Positions 18,910 to 29,283 are shown, counted from the stretch's first letter. The stretch is 64,000 nucleotides of DNA from an archaeon (GCA_042584585.1 JBHOSQ010000001.1:1-64000), one strand, 5' to 3'. Notes: generated by a model from the sequence alone, not told the origin. Numbers and translations: made by a program.

Positions 18910-19959
18910 ATGCTTGAAACCGTTTTCTTTGGAAATACTGTAATGCAGTACCTAGAAGTGCTAGGAATCGCCATCGGCTCGCTCGTGGGCGCGAAACTGC
19001 TGTACTTCCTACTGAAAAACGTTATTGGTGCGGCAGTCGCACAAACCGAAACCAAGTTGGACGACGAAGTGGTCTCCAAGGCCGAGGGGCCGCTCGTAGT
19101 GCTCCTCGTCGTCGCGGGACTGTACTTGGGCATAACCCGCCTCACACTGGACGGTGGGCTGGAATGGGTCAACAAAGCCACTTACCTGCTTGTCTCGCTC
19201 GTGCTCACGTGGCTCGCAATGCGCCTCGCGGACGTCGCCGTGAAGTACACGCTGAAGCCACTCGCCAAAAAAAGCAAGAGCCACGTCGACGACCAGTTGC
19301 TCCCGATTGCGGACAAGCTGCTGAAGGTAGTCATCCTCGCGTTCGCAGCGATAATGATATTGTCGCACTTTGGGTACAACGTTGACGCCCTGATTGCAGG
19401 GCTTGGGGTAGGAGGCCTGGCCGTCGCATTGGCGACCAAAGACTATCTCGAAAACATTGTCGGGGGGCTAACGATTTTCACTGACAAGCCGTTCCGCGTC
19501 GGCGACCGGATTAAAGTCGGGGAAGTCGAGGGCACGGTCAAGGAAGTCGGCATCCGGTCGACACGCATCATGACGTTCGATAACACACTCGTCATTATCC
19601 CGAACGTGCAGATGGTCACCAGCAAGATTGTGAACGTGTCCGAGCCGAACCGCACAATTGCGGTCAAGATGGAGCTTGGGCTGGTGTACAGCACAAGCGT
19701 CGACAAAATAGAGAAGGCAAAGACAATCATCAAAAAGGCAATCCTCAAGAACGACGGGATTGACGAAAAATACGAGCCACTCATTTTCTTCAGTGAATTC
19801 GGTGACTCCGCGCTCAAGCTTTGGGTGAAGTACCGCATCAAGGACTACGGCCAGAAGCTTGCCATTACCGACAAAATCAACACAAGCATCAAGCGCGAGT
19901 TCGAAAAGGCAAAGATAGACCTGGCTTATCCGACACAAACCGTGTACCTAAAGAAGTGA
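18910..19959 (+). CDS. mscS: Small-conductance mechanosensitive channel
   Basis: AGLGVGGLAVALATKDYLENIVGG, KPFRVGDRI, GIRST, IPN. Confidence 0.95.
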   Translation: MLETVFFGNTVMQYLEVLGIAIGSLVGAKLLYFLLKNVIGAAVAQTETKLDDEVVSKAEGPLVVLLVVAGLYLGITRLTLDGGLEWVNKATYLLVSLVLTWLAMRLADVAVKYTLKPLAKKSKSHVDDQLLPIADKLLKVVILAFAAIMILSHFGYNVDALIAGLGVGGLAVALATKDYLENIVGGLTIFTDKPFRVGDRIKVGEVEGTVKEVGIRSTRIMTFDNTLVIIPNVQMVTSKIVNVSEPNRTIAVKMELGLVYSTSVDKIEKAKTIIKKAILKNDGIDEKYEPLIFFSEFGDSALKLWVKYRIKDYGQKLAITDKINTSIKREFEKAKIDLAYPTQTVYLKK

Positions 19960-20004
19960 GCTGGTTTTTTATTCTTTTATGGAGATTGGCTAGTGGTGAA
20001 CATA

Positions 20005-21648
20005 ATGAGACGATTATTGTTGTTGCTTCTTATCTTATCCCTTGCAGCGTGCGACGGGTTCAAGCTGCCCACAGAGGTTGCTGGTGACGTGGTCGAAACG
20101 AGTCAGCTCGCAGTAATAACCCCGAGCGGCGACACCGCGGAGTACCAAATGTTTCTCGCGCTGGAGAGGTACTCTGGTGAAGAGCCTGAGCCGCGAGCGT
20201 ACGGAGAAGCAGAAGTTGAAGAGATGGCGTCTGGGGAGCCCATTGCGTGGGTACTGGCGCTGCGGGAAAAAGCCAGTTACATGGAAAGCGACGAGGCAAC
20301 GCTGCCCGACTTCAAGGACGCAACTGGGATAAGCTTGGTTGAGGACGCAATTAAAGCCGACAAAAAGTACATGGAACAGTCCGATGACCATCTCGGAAAC
20401 CTGATGCTTGCCGCGGGCTTAACGTACATGATGCCATTTGGCGCCGCCGCGCCACTGGGGCTGTACTTCTGGGTTGGGGGCCTCGCCACGAGGCAGCCAA
20501 CAGCCAGTGGCCCAATAGAGGAATATGAAGTCGCGAGGGGCCACGTCGAGGTCTACAATGTCACAGAGTCGAACATGGGCGCATTGTTTGATAAGTACGG
20601 TTTAAGCGAAAGCGTGAAGCAACAATTTATGGACTACGGCCAAATGTACCTCTACGTGTTCACGCTCCAGCCCTTCGAGCGCGAGGGGAAGGAAGTGTAC
20701 GACTTGCTCAAGGAAGGGTGTGACGACCCAGACGGCGCGATGGAGCTGCTGCAGAAGGACTTGATAACAGAACGCGAGTGGGACGCGCTTGGGTGTACAA
20801 TACCGCTTAGTAGCCATGACTGGCACCGCCGCTGGGAATACGAAGGCCTATCAGTGGAAAGCCTTAGGGAGCGCCTAGAGAACACGGAAGGCATCTCATT
20901 GAAGTTCGACCAGGCGGCTGGAGAGGACGGGTTCTGGTACCCGCTTGGCACCGGACAGTTCTGGGAAAAGCCAATAGCAATGACGGGCGTGTACGTGTTC
21001 CCGCCCGAAGGCACTGCAGTAGATGGAATGCAAAGAGTGCGGATAGAAGACGGGGACGCGTTCATGGCCGAGTACATTGGCTCGAACCCATCTGAAGACT
21101 TGCTTGTAAAAGTCACGCCGAAAGGAATTGGTGCACAAGCTGCAGACATTGTGCGCCCTGCAACAGCGTTCCTCCTTGACACTGTGCCCTACCTAGTGTG
21201 GGTTGTGCCTCTGGCATCCTGCATCTTTGGGGCATGGGCACTTCTCGTGTTCTGGCAAAAGAAAGAAAAGATGGTGGCGCTGAAAGCAGCCGCAGGAATG
21301 TGGCTTGGCTTGGACGCGTCTGGGCTGGCTATGGGCTTTGTAGTTGCAGTGATCTTGTTCGCTGCAGTATGGACGAGCTATGAAGTTGGTGCAATCGGGA
21401 TGGTGGCAGCACCAGTCATTGCGCTCATTGGGATAGTGGCTTCTGTGGCAGTCAGCATCGCGGCATCAGAACACTTGTTTTACTCCGCGCTTGGCGAAAA
21501 GCAGGGAATCATCGAAATACTGAAAAAGCACGAAATAAAGTGGCTTTACTGGAAGGTGCTGATTGGCTCCCTCATGATTTCGCTGATGCTGTCAACACTG
21601 TTTTACGTGAAGTTAATAGTCCTGATGTCGCTGTACTACGCGCTTTAA
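20005..21648 (+). CDS. Signal-peptide protein with extracellular DUF2330-like region and C-terminal TM bundle
   Basis: Signal/AAC, IAWVL, FWYPL, four to five C-terminal TMs. The domain call is tentative. Confidence 0.55.
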   Translation: MRRLLLLLLILSLAACDGFKLPTEVAGDVVETSQLAVITPSGDTAEYQMFLALERYSGEEPEPRAYGEAEVEEMASGEPIAWVLALREKASYMESDEATLPDFKDATGISLVEDAIKADKKYMEQSDDHLGNLMLAAGLTYMMPFGAAAPLGLYFWVGGLATRQPTASGPIEEYEVARGHVEVYNVTESNMGALFDKYGLSESVKQQFMDYGQMYLYVFTLQPFEREGKEVYDLLKEGCDDPDGAMELLQKDLITEREWDALGCTIPLSSHDWHRRWEYEGLSVESLRERLENTEGISLKFDQAAGEDGFWYPLGTGQFWEKPIAMTGVYVFPPEGTAVDGMQRVRIEDGDAFMAEYIGSNPSEDLLVKVTPKGIGAQAADIVRPATAFLLDTVPYLVWVVPLASCIFGAWALLVFWQKKEKMVALKAAAGMWLGLDASGLAMGFVVAVILFAAVWTSYEVGAIGMVAAPVIALIGIVASVAVSIAASEHLFYSALGEKQGIIEILKKHEIKWLYWKVLIGSLMISLMLSTLFYVKLIVLMSLYYAL

Positions 21649-21794
21649 ACCCCGACCATAACCCCGGGTCCGGTGTACTGCAGCACAAACAGGATTAGCA
21701 CTGCGACGAAAACAATTACCATTAGCGCCGCAAGCGGCTTGTCCCACCACGCGGGACCTTCGTCTTTTTTTGTTTTCAGTGGAACAACTGCCAT
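21645..21794 (-). CDS. Small single-pass membrane protein (49 aa)
   Basis: MAVVPLKTKKDEGPAWWDKPLAALMVIVFVAVLILFVLQYTGPGVMVGV*; follows the Zn-ribbon gene. Confidence 0.6.
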   Translation of the reverse strand: MAVVPLKTKKDEGPAWWDKPLAALMVIVFVAVLILFVLQYTGPGVMVGV

Positions 21795-21799
21795 ACAAA

Positions 21800-21970
21800 T
21801 CACTTCACTAAGCTTTCGTCTACCTCAATAATCATGAACGGCGGAAAACTCTTGCCGCACACGTTACAGTGATAACCCGATACCTCGCTTCCAGTGCGGA
21901 GCGCGGTCGCGCCCTCACTCTCAATATTCTTCGACCTGCAAAACGGGCACACACGAACAAATTCTACCAT
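21800..21970 (-). CDS. Small zinc-ribbon protein (56 aa)
   Basis: MVEFVRVCPFCRSKNI...GYHCNVCGKSFPP...; the start overlaps the pyrF stop. Confidence 0.8.
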   Translation of the reverse strand: MVEFVRVCPFCRSKNIESEGATALRTGSEVSGYHCNVCGKSFPPFMIIEVDESLVK

Positions 21971-22896
21971 GGATAAATCCCCTTCCTCATCAAAGCGTCG
22001 TTCAAGTCCTTCTTCATCGCCAACGCAGCCTCACGCGCCGCAACGTCAAACTCCCCGCCCTTCTTCTGGTAAGCAAAAATAATCCCGCGCGAAGAATTCA
22101 CGATTGCGCCGTAGCCGTCGTCGTTGAAGCACGGCATGGTGTCGTCCGCGCCACCACCCTGCGCGCCGTAGCCCGGCACGAGAATCGGGGCCTTCGGCAT
22201 CAACAGCCTCAAGCGCGCCGCCTCTTGGGGGTAAGTCGCGCCCACGACCGCGCCGATTGAAGAATAGCCTCTGGCCCCCACAACTTCCTCGCCCCACTTG
22301 TCCACCAACTTGGCCATGGCCTCGTAAACAGTCGTGCCTTCCTGGAGGCGCCGGTCCTGCAGCTCACCGCTCGATGGGTTGCTGGTCTTGACGAGAAGGA
22401 AAGCGCCTTTGCCGTTCTTTGCCTCCTCGACGAACGGCTTCACGCCGTCGCTCCCGAGATAGGAATTGACCGTCAGCGCGTCCAGTGTGTGGACGGTTGC
22501 GCTGCCCTTGATTGTCTTGACCTCGCCGAGGAAGGCCTTGGCGTACGCCGTGGCAGTGGAGCCAATGTCGTTGCGCTTCGCGTCGCCGATTACGACGAGG
22601 CCGTTGTCGTGCGCGTACTTGCACGTGATTTGAAACGCCTCGATGCCGTACGGGCCGTAAGCCTCGTAAAACGCCATCTGTGGCTTGACAGCGGGGACAA
22701 CGCCCTTGATCGCGTCAATGATTTTTTTGTTGAACGCCACGAAACTCGCGGCGACTGCCTGCGGGGTGTCGCCGAACTTCGCGACACGGTCCTGCTTTAT
22801 CGAGTCTGGAATCTGGGAAATGCGCGGGTCCAACCCAACGACGCTCGGGTTCTGCTTTTCCTCGACCGCGGCGAACAACCGGTCAGCGAAATTCAT
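21964..22896 (-). CDS. pyrF: Orotidine-5'-phosphate decarboxylase (long subfamily)
   Basis: VGLDP, KPQMAFYE, DAKRNDIGST, KTSNP, PGYGAQG, NSSRG. Confidence 0.95.
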   Translation of the reverse strand: MNFADRLFAAVEEKQNPSVVGLDPRISQIPDSIKQDRVAKFGDTPQAVAASFVAFNKKIIDAIKGVVPAVKPQMAFYEAYGPYGIEAFQITCKYAHDNGLVVIGDAKRNDIGSTATAYAKAFLGEVKTIKGSATVHTLDALTVNSYLGSDGVKPFVEEAKNGKGAFLLVKTSNPSSGELQDRRLQEGTTVYEAMAKLVDKWGEEVVGARGYSSIGAVVGATYPQEAARLRLLMPKAPILVPGYGAQGGGADDTMPCFNDDGYGAIVNSSRGIIFAYQKKGGEFDVAAREAALAMKKDLNDALMRKGIYPW

Positions 22897-23552
22897 TTGC
22901 TCGCCTCCGTATACTCGCGCACCTTGCCCGCGAGCTCCGCGTCCAACAGCCCCTCGGACTCAAGCGCGGCGACGATATCAAGCACGTCAACAATGTAATG
23001 CACGTTAAGGCCCTCGGCCTTCAGCTTTTCGATGCCACCCATCTGGCGGTCCACCAAGAAATAAACGTCCGAAACAGGATGGCCGTTGCGCTCCATCGCG
23101 GCCTTTGCCTTTAGGTTCGAGCCGCCCGTCGACACCAAGTCATCCACAAGGACGGGGGCCATGCCGTCACGGATTACCCCCTCAATATCCTTTCCGGTCC
23201 CGTGCTCGCGTGACTCGCCGTTAAGCGCTTCCTTGCGAATGTACGCCACCGGGAGCTTGGCCTTAAGGCCCACGACGCTCGCGAACGGGACGCCCGCGGT
23301 CGGGACCCCGACGAGAGTGCATTTTGGGCCGCACTCGTTCAGCACCAATTCCTTGTACGCGTCAGTAATCACGTCGAACTGCTCGGGATAGCTCGGCACA
23401 GCGCGCAAGTCAATGTAGTAAGGCGACTTCTTTCCCGAAGTAAGGGTAAAGTCACCGAACTTGATTGCGTTGCTCTCGAACAATGCCTTCGCGACCGTTT
23501 TCGCAAGCTCTTTTTTCTGTTCTTCCCACGACAATTCAAACACCTCTATCAT
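22893..23552 (-). CDS. pyrE: Orotate phosphoribosyltransferase
   Basis: FGDFTLTSGKKSPYYIDLR, LVDDLVSTGGS. Start uncertain (23576/23552). Confidence 0.95.
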   Translation of the reverse strand: MIEVFELSWEEQKKELAKTVAKALFESNAIKFGDFTLTSGKKSPYYIDLRAVPSYPEQFDVITDAYKELVLNECGPKCTLVGVPTAGVPFASVVGLKAKLPVAYIRKEALNGESREHGTGKDIEGVIRDGMAPVLVDDLVSTGGSNLKAKAAMERNGHPVSDVYFLVDRQMGGIEKLKAEGLNVHYIVDVLDIVAALESEGLLDAELAGKVREYTEASK

Positions 23553-24837
23553 AAGCTTCGACGCCGGCCGGGTCACCGAACCCGCCGTCGAACACGACGC
23601 TGCCGTTCACGATTGTGTGCGTCGGCACGCCCTGCAATTGCAGCCCGTCGTACGGCGTCCAGCCGCACTTGGCAACAACGTTCTCATTTGTAATGGTTTG
23701 CTTTGCGTCCATGTCGACAACGACCATGTCCGCGGCAAAGCCCTCGCGGATCTCACCCCTGCCCTTCAGGCGGAAGATTCTCGCGGGATTAGTGCTCATG
23801 CGCGCCACCATTTCCGGCAGCGTCTCGAGGCCCTGGTTCACCGCGTCCAAATGCAAGGGCAACAGCGTCTCGACGCCAGGCACCCCGGACGGCGCGTGCC
23901 AGTAGTCCCGGTCCTTTTCTTCCTTGGTGTGGCCGGCGTGGTCGGTGCACCAGCACGAAATCAGCGCGCGGTTCTCCCAAAGCGCCATGCGGTCCTCGTG
24001 GCTCCGCAGCGGGGGGTTCATCTTCGCGTAGTTCTTCAGGCGGTTCATGTCCGTGTCCTCAAGGAACAAGTGGTGCGTCGTGGCCTCGCACGTGATTCGG
24101 CCGGCCGCCCTTCGGATTATGTCCAGTTCCTGGCGCGTGCTGATGTGGCAAATGTGAATCCTGTTCCCGACCTCCTTGGAAACAATCGCGGCAAGCGAAG
24201 CGCCCTCGGCGGCAACGACGTTCCTCCGGATTTTTGTGTGCACAATCGGGTCGGCCTCGCAGGCCTGTTTCGCCTCCGCAGTGAAAGTGTGGATTAATTC
24301 GTTGTCTTCCGCGTGCACGGTCACCAAGTGCCCGCCGACACGCGCGGCATGGAAAACGTTGTACAGGTCGCCCGCGTCCGGGACCAATAAGTCACCGGTC
24401 GAAGACGCCATGTATACCTTGACCGACGCAACACCGGTTACGTCCGATATTTCGTCCAGGTTGTGCGCGGTCGCGCCAAAGTGAAACCCGTAGTTCACGA
24501 GGCTTTTTCCGGCGACGGCGTCGCGCTTCCTGTCCAGGAGCAGGGGGCTCGTTATGCTGGGCTGGTTGTTTGGCATGTCGAGGACCGTTGTCACGCCGCC
24601 CTTTGCCGCGGCGCGGGACCCGGTCTTCCAGTCCTCTTTGTATTCTTCTCCCGGCACGCGAAAGTGCACGTGCGGGTCAATGACGCCGGGCAGAACGATT
24701 TTGCCGCTGGCGTCAATTGCTTTGTCGCCTTTCAGGCCTTTGCCGACTTTTTTGATTGTTCCCTTGTCGCACAGCACATCGGCCGCAACGAGCTTCCCGC
24801 CCATGAACGCCCTGCCGTTCTTGACGACTAAGCTCAA
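23536..24837 (-). CDS. pyrC: Dihydroorotase
   Basis: PGVIDPHVHFR, DMPN, HAED, KMNPPLR, TDHA. TTG start overlaps the pyrK stop after GAGGTGA. Confidence 0.93.
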   Translation of the reverse strand: MSLVVKNGRAFMGGKLVAADVLCDKGTIKKVGKGLKGDKAIDASGKIVLPGVIDPHVHFRVPGEEYKEDWKTGSRAAAKGGVTTVLDMPNNQPSITSPLLLDRKRDAVAGKSLVNYGFHFGATAHNLDEISDVTGVASVKVYMASSTGDLLVPDAGDLYNVFHAARVGGHLVTVHAEDNELIHTFTAEAKQACEADPIVHTKIRRNVVAAEGASLAAIVSKEVGNRIHICHISTRQELDIIRRAAGRITCEATTHHLFLEDTDMNRLKNYAKMNPPLRSHEDRMALWENRALISCWCTDHAGHTKEEKDRDYWHAPSGVPGVETLLPLHLDAVNQGLETLPEMVARMSTNPARIFRLKGRGEIREGFAADMVVVDMDAKQTITNENVVAKCGWTPYDGLQLQGVPTHTIVNGSVVFDGGFGDPAGVEAYDRGV

Positions 24838-25598
24838 AGCTTCACCTCGCGGCCAGCCTGGTCGCGCTTGTAGTTGAAGAACTCGGAGTCGCGGAGTATT
24901 TTGCTGTCGGCGACGGGGCCTTCCTTGCACACCCTCCAGCCAGTGGGGTCCACGGAACAGTGGCCGCACACGCCGAACCCGCACTTCATCCAGCGCTCCA
25001 TTGAAAAGTACACGGGCACATTTGCCTCTTCGCAAATCTTGAACAGGAACTTAAGCATTATTTCTGGACCGCACGCCGCGACCGCATCGAATTCTTGTTC
25101 TTTGAGCAGCCGCTCGGCCACAACCGTGGTGAAGGCTTTTTCGCCTTCGGACCCGTCGTCGGTGCACACGTGCAGGCCGGGAAAGTATTTCTTGTAAAAC
25201 AATTCGGTTTTGTCCTGCGCGCCGATTATCGAAGTGAAGTCTTTCTCGCCGCTGTGCGCGAGTGCCTTCATGGGCGCGATTCCGACTCCGCCGCCGACGA
25301 GGAGGACGCGGTGGCCCTCGATGGCGAACCCGTTGCCGTACGGGCCGCGCACGCCGATGAAGTCGCCCTTTTTGAGGTTGAGGAGCGCGTTGGTCGCGTC
25401 GCCCACTCTCTTGACCGTGATTTGGTTTGGTGCGGATAGGCTGATTGGGATTTCGTCGACTCCCGGCACCCACACCATGATGAATTGGCCGGGCACGAAG
25501 TCGAATTCCGTGTCGAACTCGATGGCGTTGATTGTTGGGGTGAGCTTTTTCACGCCGGTTATGCGGTAGCTTTGGGGGAACTCAGTGGGCACTGCCAA
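24834..25598 (-). CDS. pyrK: Dihydroorotate dehydrogenase electron transfer subunit
   Basis: PGQFIMVW, RGPYGNGF, GGGVGIAP, MKCGFGVCGHC...CKEGP. Confidence 0.95.
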   Translation of the reverse strand: MAVPTEFPQSYRITGVKKLTPTINAIEFDTEFDFVPGQFIMVWVPGVDEIPISLSAPNQITVKRVGDATNALLNLKKGDFIGVRGPYGNGFAIEGHRVLLVGGGVGIAPMKALAHSGEKDFTSIIGAQDKTELFYKKYFPGLHVCTDDGSEGEKAFTTVVAERLLKEQEFDAVAACGPEIMLKFLFKICEEANVPVYFSMERWMKCGFGVCGHCSVDPTGWRVCKEGPVADSKILRDSEFFNYKRDQAGREVKL

Positions 25599-26487
25599 CC
25601 AGCTCCTTCAGTGACTTTATGCCGTTTTTCTTCATCCAGGCCTCGGTTTCCGCGCAGGCCTTGCTGAAGACGTCGATTCCACGGTAGTGTATTCCGGAGC
25701 CGATTTCGACTGCGGTGGCGCCCGCCATCATTGCCTCGATGATGTCGATGCCGTACATGATTCCGCCGACGGCGACGATTGGCACGTCGATTTTTTCGTA
25801 CAAGTCGTAGATGCCTTTGACCATTAGTGGGCGCACCGCGGGGCCGCTCAGCCCGCCGGTCTTGAACCCCATGACTGGCTTGCGGACGTTGACGTCGATG
25901 ACCATTCCCGGGCCCCATGTGTTGAACCCTGCGATTGCGTCGGCGCCGTTGTCGACGCAGGCCTTTGCGACCTCGAGCATGTTGTCGGTGTTTGGGGTGA
26001 GCTTGGGCATGACCGGGATTTTTCCGGCGACTTCCTTTATTTTGTTGACGAGCTTTCCCGCGACCGCGGGGTCTTTTCCGAAGACGTCGCCGTGCTTTTT
26101 GGAGTTGGGGCAGCCGATGTTCACGTCTAGCATCGCTGGCTTGTGCTCCACGATTGCGGCCGCGACTTCTGCGAACTCGTCGATTGACCCGGCGTAGAAG
26201 GACGCGATTACCGGAACGTCGATTTTTTCCAGCTCTTGCCACTCGCGGTCCATGTTTTTGTAGCCCGGCGTCGGGAGCCCGACTGCGTTGATTATTCCGT
26301 CGCCCCAGCAGAGTACCGTGGGGTTGGCGTTGCCCTCGCGGGGCTCTGGGCCAATGGACTTGATGGTTACTGCTCCGGCGCCTGAATCGGCAACCCTCTT
26401 GAGAATAGAGGCGCTTGTGCCGAGAAAGCCGGCCGCCAAAATGGTTGGGTTTTTGAGCTTCAGGCCAGCAATTTCTGTAGTAAGCAT
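25582..26487 (-). CDS. pyrD: Dihydroorotate dehydrogenase (family 1B)
   Basis: GNANPT, NAVGL, NIGCPN, KLTPN, GGLSGPAVRP. Confidence 0.95.
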   Translation of the reverse strand: MLTTEIAGLKLKNPTILAAGFLGTSASILKRVADSGAGAVTIKSIGPEPREGNANPTVLCWGDGIINAVGLPTPGYKNMDREWQELEKIDVPVIASFYAGSIDEFAEVAAAIVEHKPAMLDVNIGCPNSKKHGDVFGKDPAVAGKLVNKIKEVAGKIPVMPKLTPNTDNMLEVAKACVDNGADAIAGFNTWGPGMVIDVNVRKPVMGFKTGGLSGPAVRPLMVKGIYDLYEKIDVPIVAVGGIMYGIDIIEAMMAGATAVEIGSGIHYRGIDVFSKACAETEAWMKKNGIKSLKELVGSAH

Positions 26488-26586
26488 TAGGAACAGTTTA
26501 AGTCAAACCGAGTTTATAAAAACACTCGTTTCACGGCGTATGCCGGTAGAACCTTTATATATCCCGATTAGAACAACTTTTACTCA

Positions 26587-26988
26587 ATGAAAGCTGTTTT
26601 TGTCGGCAGGTTCCAGCCTTTCCACAAGGGCCACCTGCACGCCATTGAGGCCGCGAGGGAGCAGTTCGGCGACGTGACAGTCGTAGTCGGGAGCGCCCAA
26701 AAGTACGGGACTGCCGTGAACCCGCTGCCCGTGGGCCAGCGAATCGAGGCAATCAAAAGGGAGCTGCCGGACGTCCGCATCGTCACCCAAAACGACGTGT
26801 TCAACGACCGCGAGTGGGTGAGGCAAATCCAGGAAAAAGTAAATTTCGACGTCGCAGTCACCGGCAACGACTGGGTGCGCGACTGCTTCCGCAAGTTCGG
26901 GCACAGCGTCGAAGAGCCTGAGTTCCTGAGCCCCGAAAAATACAACGGCACCGCCATACGAAAGAGGAAACTCGATGAAAATCCTTGA
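26587..26988 (+). CDS. nadM: NMN adenylyltransferase (archaeal type)
   Basis: GRFQPFHKGH, VGSAQ, NP, NGTAIR. Confidence 0.85.
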   Translation: MKAVFVGRFQPFHKGHLHAIEAAREQFGDVTVVVGSAQKYGTAVNPLPVGQRIEAIKRELPDVRIVTQNDVFNDREWVRQIQEKVNFDVAVTGNDWVRDCFRKFGHSVEEPEFLSPEKYNGTAIRKRKLDENP

Positions 26989-27775
26989 CTACGCGCTTGC
27001 CCTGGACATTGGCAACGGCGACATAACAAGCAACGCGCTTTTTTCGAAGAACCACAAGACAAAAGCCGCCATCTTTGCGAAGAGCAGCGGCACGCTCGCC
27101 GGCGCGGAAGAAGCGAAGTACTTGTTCGCGAAATGCGGAGCCAAAGCACGAATCCTCAAGCGCGACGGCACGTGCATCAAGAAAGGCGAAAAAGTAATCA
27201 CAATCACAGGCCCGACCCGCGCCGTGCTCGAGGCAGAGCGCACAGCACTGAACATCTTGTCGCGGATGAGCGGCATCGCGACCGAGACAAGCAAAATGGC
27301 GAAGCACTGTGTGGTCGCGGCGACGCGAAAGACCGGGCCCGGCCTCGCGCTGCTGGACAAGAAAGCCGTGGAAATCGGCGGGGGGGTCTCGCACCGCCTC
27401 GGGTTGTGGGACATGACGCTTATCAAGGACACTCACTTGGATTCAATGAAGATGCCCCGCAGGAAGGCGATTAAGGAGGCACTTGCTAAGGCGAAGCCCC
27501 CCGTAGAAATCGAGGTCGAGAGCAAAGCAGAAGCGTTGCTTGCCGCGACGCTGGGCGCGGACATAGTGATGCTCGACAACTTTTCTCCGGCAAAAGCGAA
27601 AGCCACCGTCAAGGAACTAAACAAAAAGTACCCTGACGTTTGCATTGAATTAAGCGGCGGGATTAACAAGAAAAACATTCGTGCGTACGCAAAAGCGGGC
27701 GCGGACTACGTTTCGCTTGGCGCGCTGACCCACACGGTGAAGCCACTGGACTTTTCGATGAAAATCATAAAGTAG
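26975..27775 (+). CDS. nadC: Quinolinate phosphoribosyltransferase
   Basis: ERTALNILSRMSGIAT, TRKT, HRLGL, LIKDTH, MLDN, SGGI. Confidence 0.93.
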   Translation: MKILDYALALDIGNGDITSNALFSKNHKTKAAIFAKSSGTLAGAEEAKYLFAKCGAKARILKRDGTCIKKGEKVITITGPTRAVLEAERTALNILSRMSGIATETSKMAKHCVVAATRKTGPGLALLDKKAVEIGGGVSHRLGLWDMTLIKDTHLDSMKMPRRKAIKEALAKAKPPVEIEVESKAEALLAATLGADIVMLDNFSPAKAKATVKELNKKYPDVCIELSGGINKKNIRAYAKAGADYVSLGALTHTVKPLDFSMKIIK

Positions 27776-28421
27776 GCGGCATCTTCTTCTTGTGCCGCGC
27801 TTGTTTTTTCCACCGCGTTACTTTCGCGCTCTTTTTCTTTCCCTTGAGAGCGGCATCGATTTTTTCGTACGAAATACCGAGCTCTTTTTCGTCGGTCTGG
27901 CCGCGCCACAATCCCGCGCTTGGCTTCTTGCGGACAATGTTTTCTGGTATGCCCAGCTTGCGCGCGAGAACCGGAAGGTCGGTCTTGTAGATGTGCGCAA
28001 TGGGAAAGAAGTCCGCCGCGCCGTCGCCCCACTTCGTGAAGTAGCCGATTTCCTTTTCGCTCTTGTTGCCGGTTCCTGCGACGCGCCTGTTGAGTAAGTT
28101 AGAATAATAGTAAAGCAACGTCATCCTGGTCCGCGCCCTTATGTTCGCTCTTGCAGTCTTGTCCGCTGGAGTGCAGCGCTTGTCGAACTCGCGGACGATG
28201 GGCTTGATGTCAATGACTTTGTACTCGATACCCAGCGCCTTGGCAAAGGCCACGGCGTCCTTGTAGTGCGAGTCCTTTCGCTCCGGCATGATTAAGGCCA
28301 AGACTTTTTTCTTGCCGAGGGCTTTCGCGCACAATGCTGCGACCACGGCGGAGTCAATGCCCCCAGACAGGCCGAGGACTACGGCTTTTGCGTTGCGCTT
28401 GATGAAGGCGGTTTCCCTCAT
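27765..28421 (-). CDS. nadE: NH3-dependent NAD+ synthetase
   Basis: LSGGIDS, NIRARTRM, GYFTKWGDG, PSAGLW.GQTDE. Confidence 0.95.
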   Translation of the reverse strand: MRETAFIKRNAKAVVLGLSGGIDSAVVAALCAKALGKKKVLALIMPERKDSHYKDAVAFAKALGIEYKVIDIKPIVREFDKRCTPADKTARANIRARTRMTLLYYYSNLLNRRVAGTGNKSEKEIGYFTKWGDGAADFFPIAHIYKTDLPVLARKLGIPENIVRKKPSAGLWRGQTDEKELGISYEKIDAALKGKKKSAKVTRWKKQARHKKKMPPTL

Positions 28422-28428
28422 TGCCCCC

Positions 28429-29250
28429 TCACTCCTTCTTTTTCCGGGACCTGATGATGGCGGCGAACATCGCGCCCACCGCGGAGATGACGCCCATGAT
28501 GACGAAGCTCAGCATCAGTACGAACATGTCGACCTGGCTCGGGTCAAGGAACTTGATGATTCCGGTGAGCGAGACCATCGAGGTCAACGCATAAACGCCG
28601 AAGAACAGCGACGGCATGAACGCGCCGTAAACGATTTCGGGAATGAACCCGATTTCATATTTTTCTTTTACGGCGAGCAGTGTCGTGGCAAACGAAACAA
28701 GGAACACGAAGATATAGAAGCTCCAGAAATGGGTTTGGAGCACGGGCTTTTCGCCGAGGAACACACGGTAGTCGTTCATGTTAACGTCGAATCCCCTGAA
28801 CTCGTTGCGGCCCCACCACCCTGCGGTGCCAAGGACTTCTTCGGTGTCCAAAGCCCCAAAGGCCTCGACGGTTTCGTCGGGCAGCCCGATAATTTTGGGG
28901 TTGAGCGTCAATTCCGTGAACGCAGCACTGGCTATCCAGTAATTGAGATACGTGTAGGCACTTGGCGAGACTGGCGGCGCCTTAATGAGTTTGCTTAATT
29001 CGTCGGCACGGTTGGACGCGTCCCTGAAAGCCATGGCCTCGGTTGCCCTGCCGTCGGAGTACGCGGTGCTGGCCTTTACCTCCATCAAGTCGGAAACGAA
29101 CAGCAAGTCGTTCTGGACCCCTTCGACCTGCGATGCGTACATCGCGTGGAGGAAGACGCCGTAGCCGAACCCGAAAATCAGGAGCAGGGACGACCCAATA
29201 AGCAGCACTCGGACTAAGTCATTGAAGCTGAAAAAGTCCTTTAGCTGCAT
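28429..29250 (-). CDS. Hypothetical membrane protein
   Basis: N-terminal TM plus three C-terminal TMs. Confidence 0.7.
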   Translation of the reverse strand: MQLKDFFSFNDLVRVLLIGSSLLLIFGFGYGVFLHAMYASQVEGVQNDLLFVSDLMEVKASTAYSDGRATEAMAFRDASNRADELSKLIKAPPVSPSAYTYLNYWIASAAFTELTLNPKIIGLPDETVEAFGALDTEEVLGTAGWWGRNEFRGFDVNMNDYRVFLGEKPVLQTHFWSFYIFVFLVSFATTLLAVKEKYEIGFIPEIVYGAFMPSLFFGVYALTSMVSLTGIIKFLDPSQVDMFVLMLSFVIMGVISAVGAMFAAIIRSRKKKE

Positions 29251-29283
29251 AGAAAGGAAGAACACCGGACGGGAATAAAAAGG

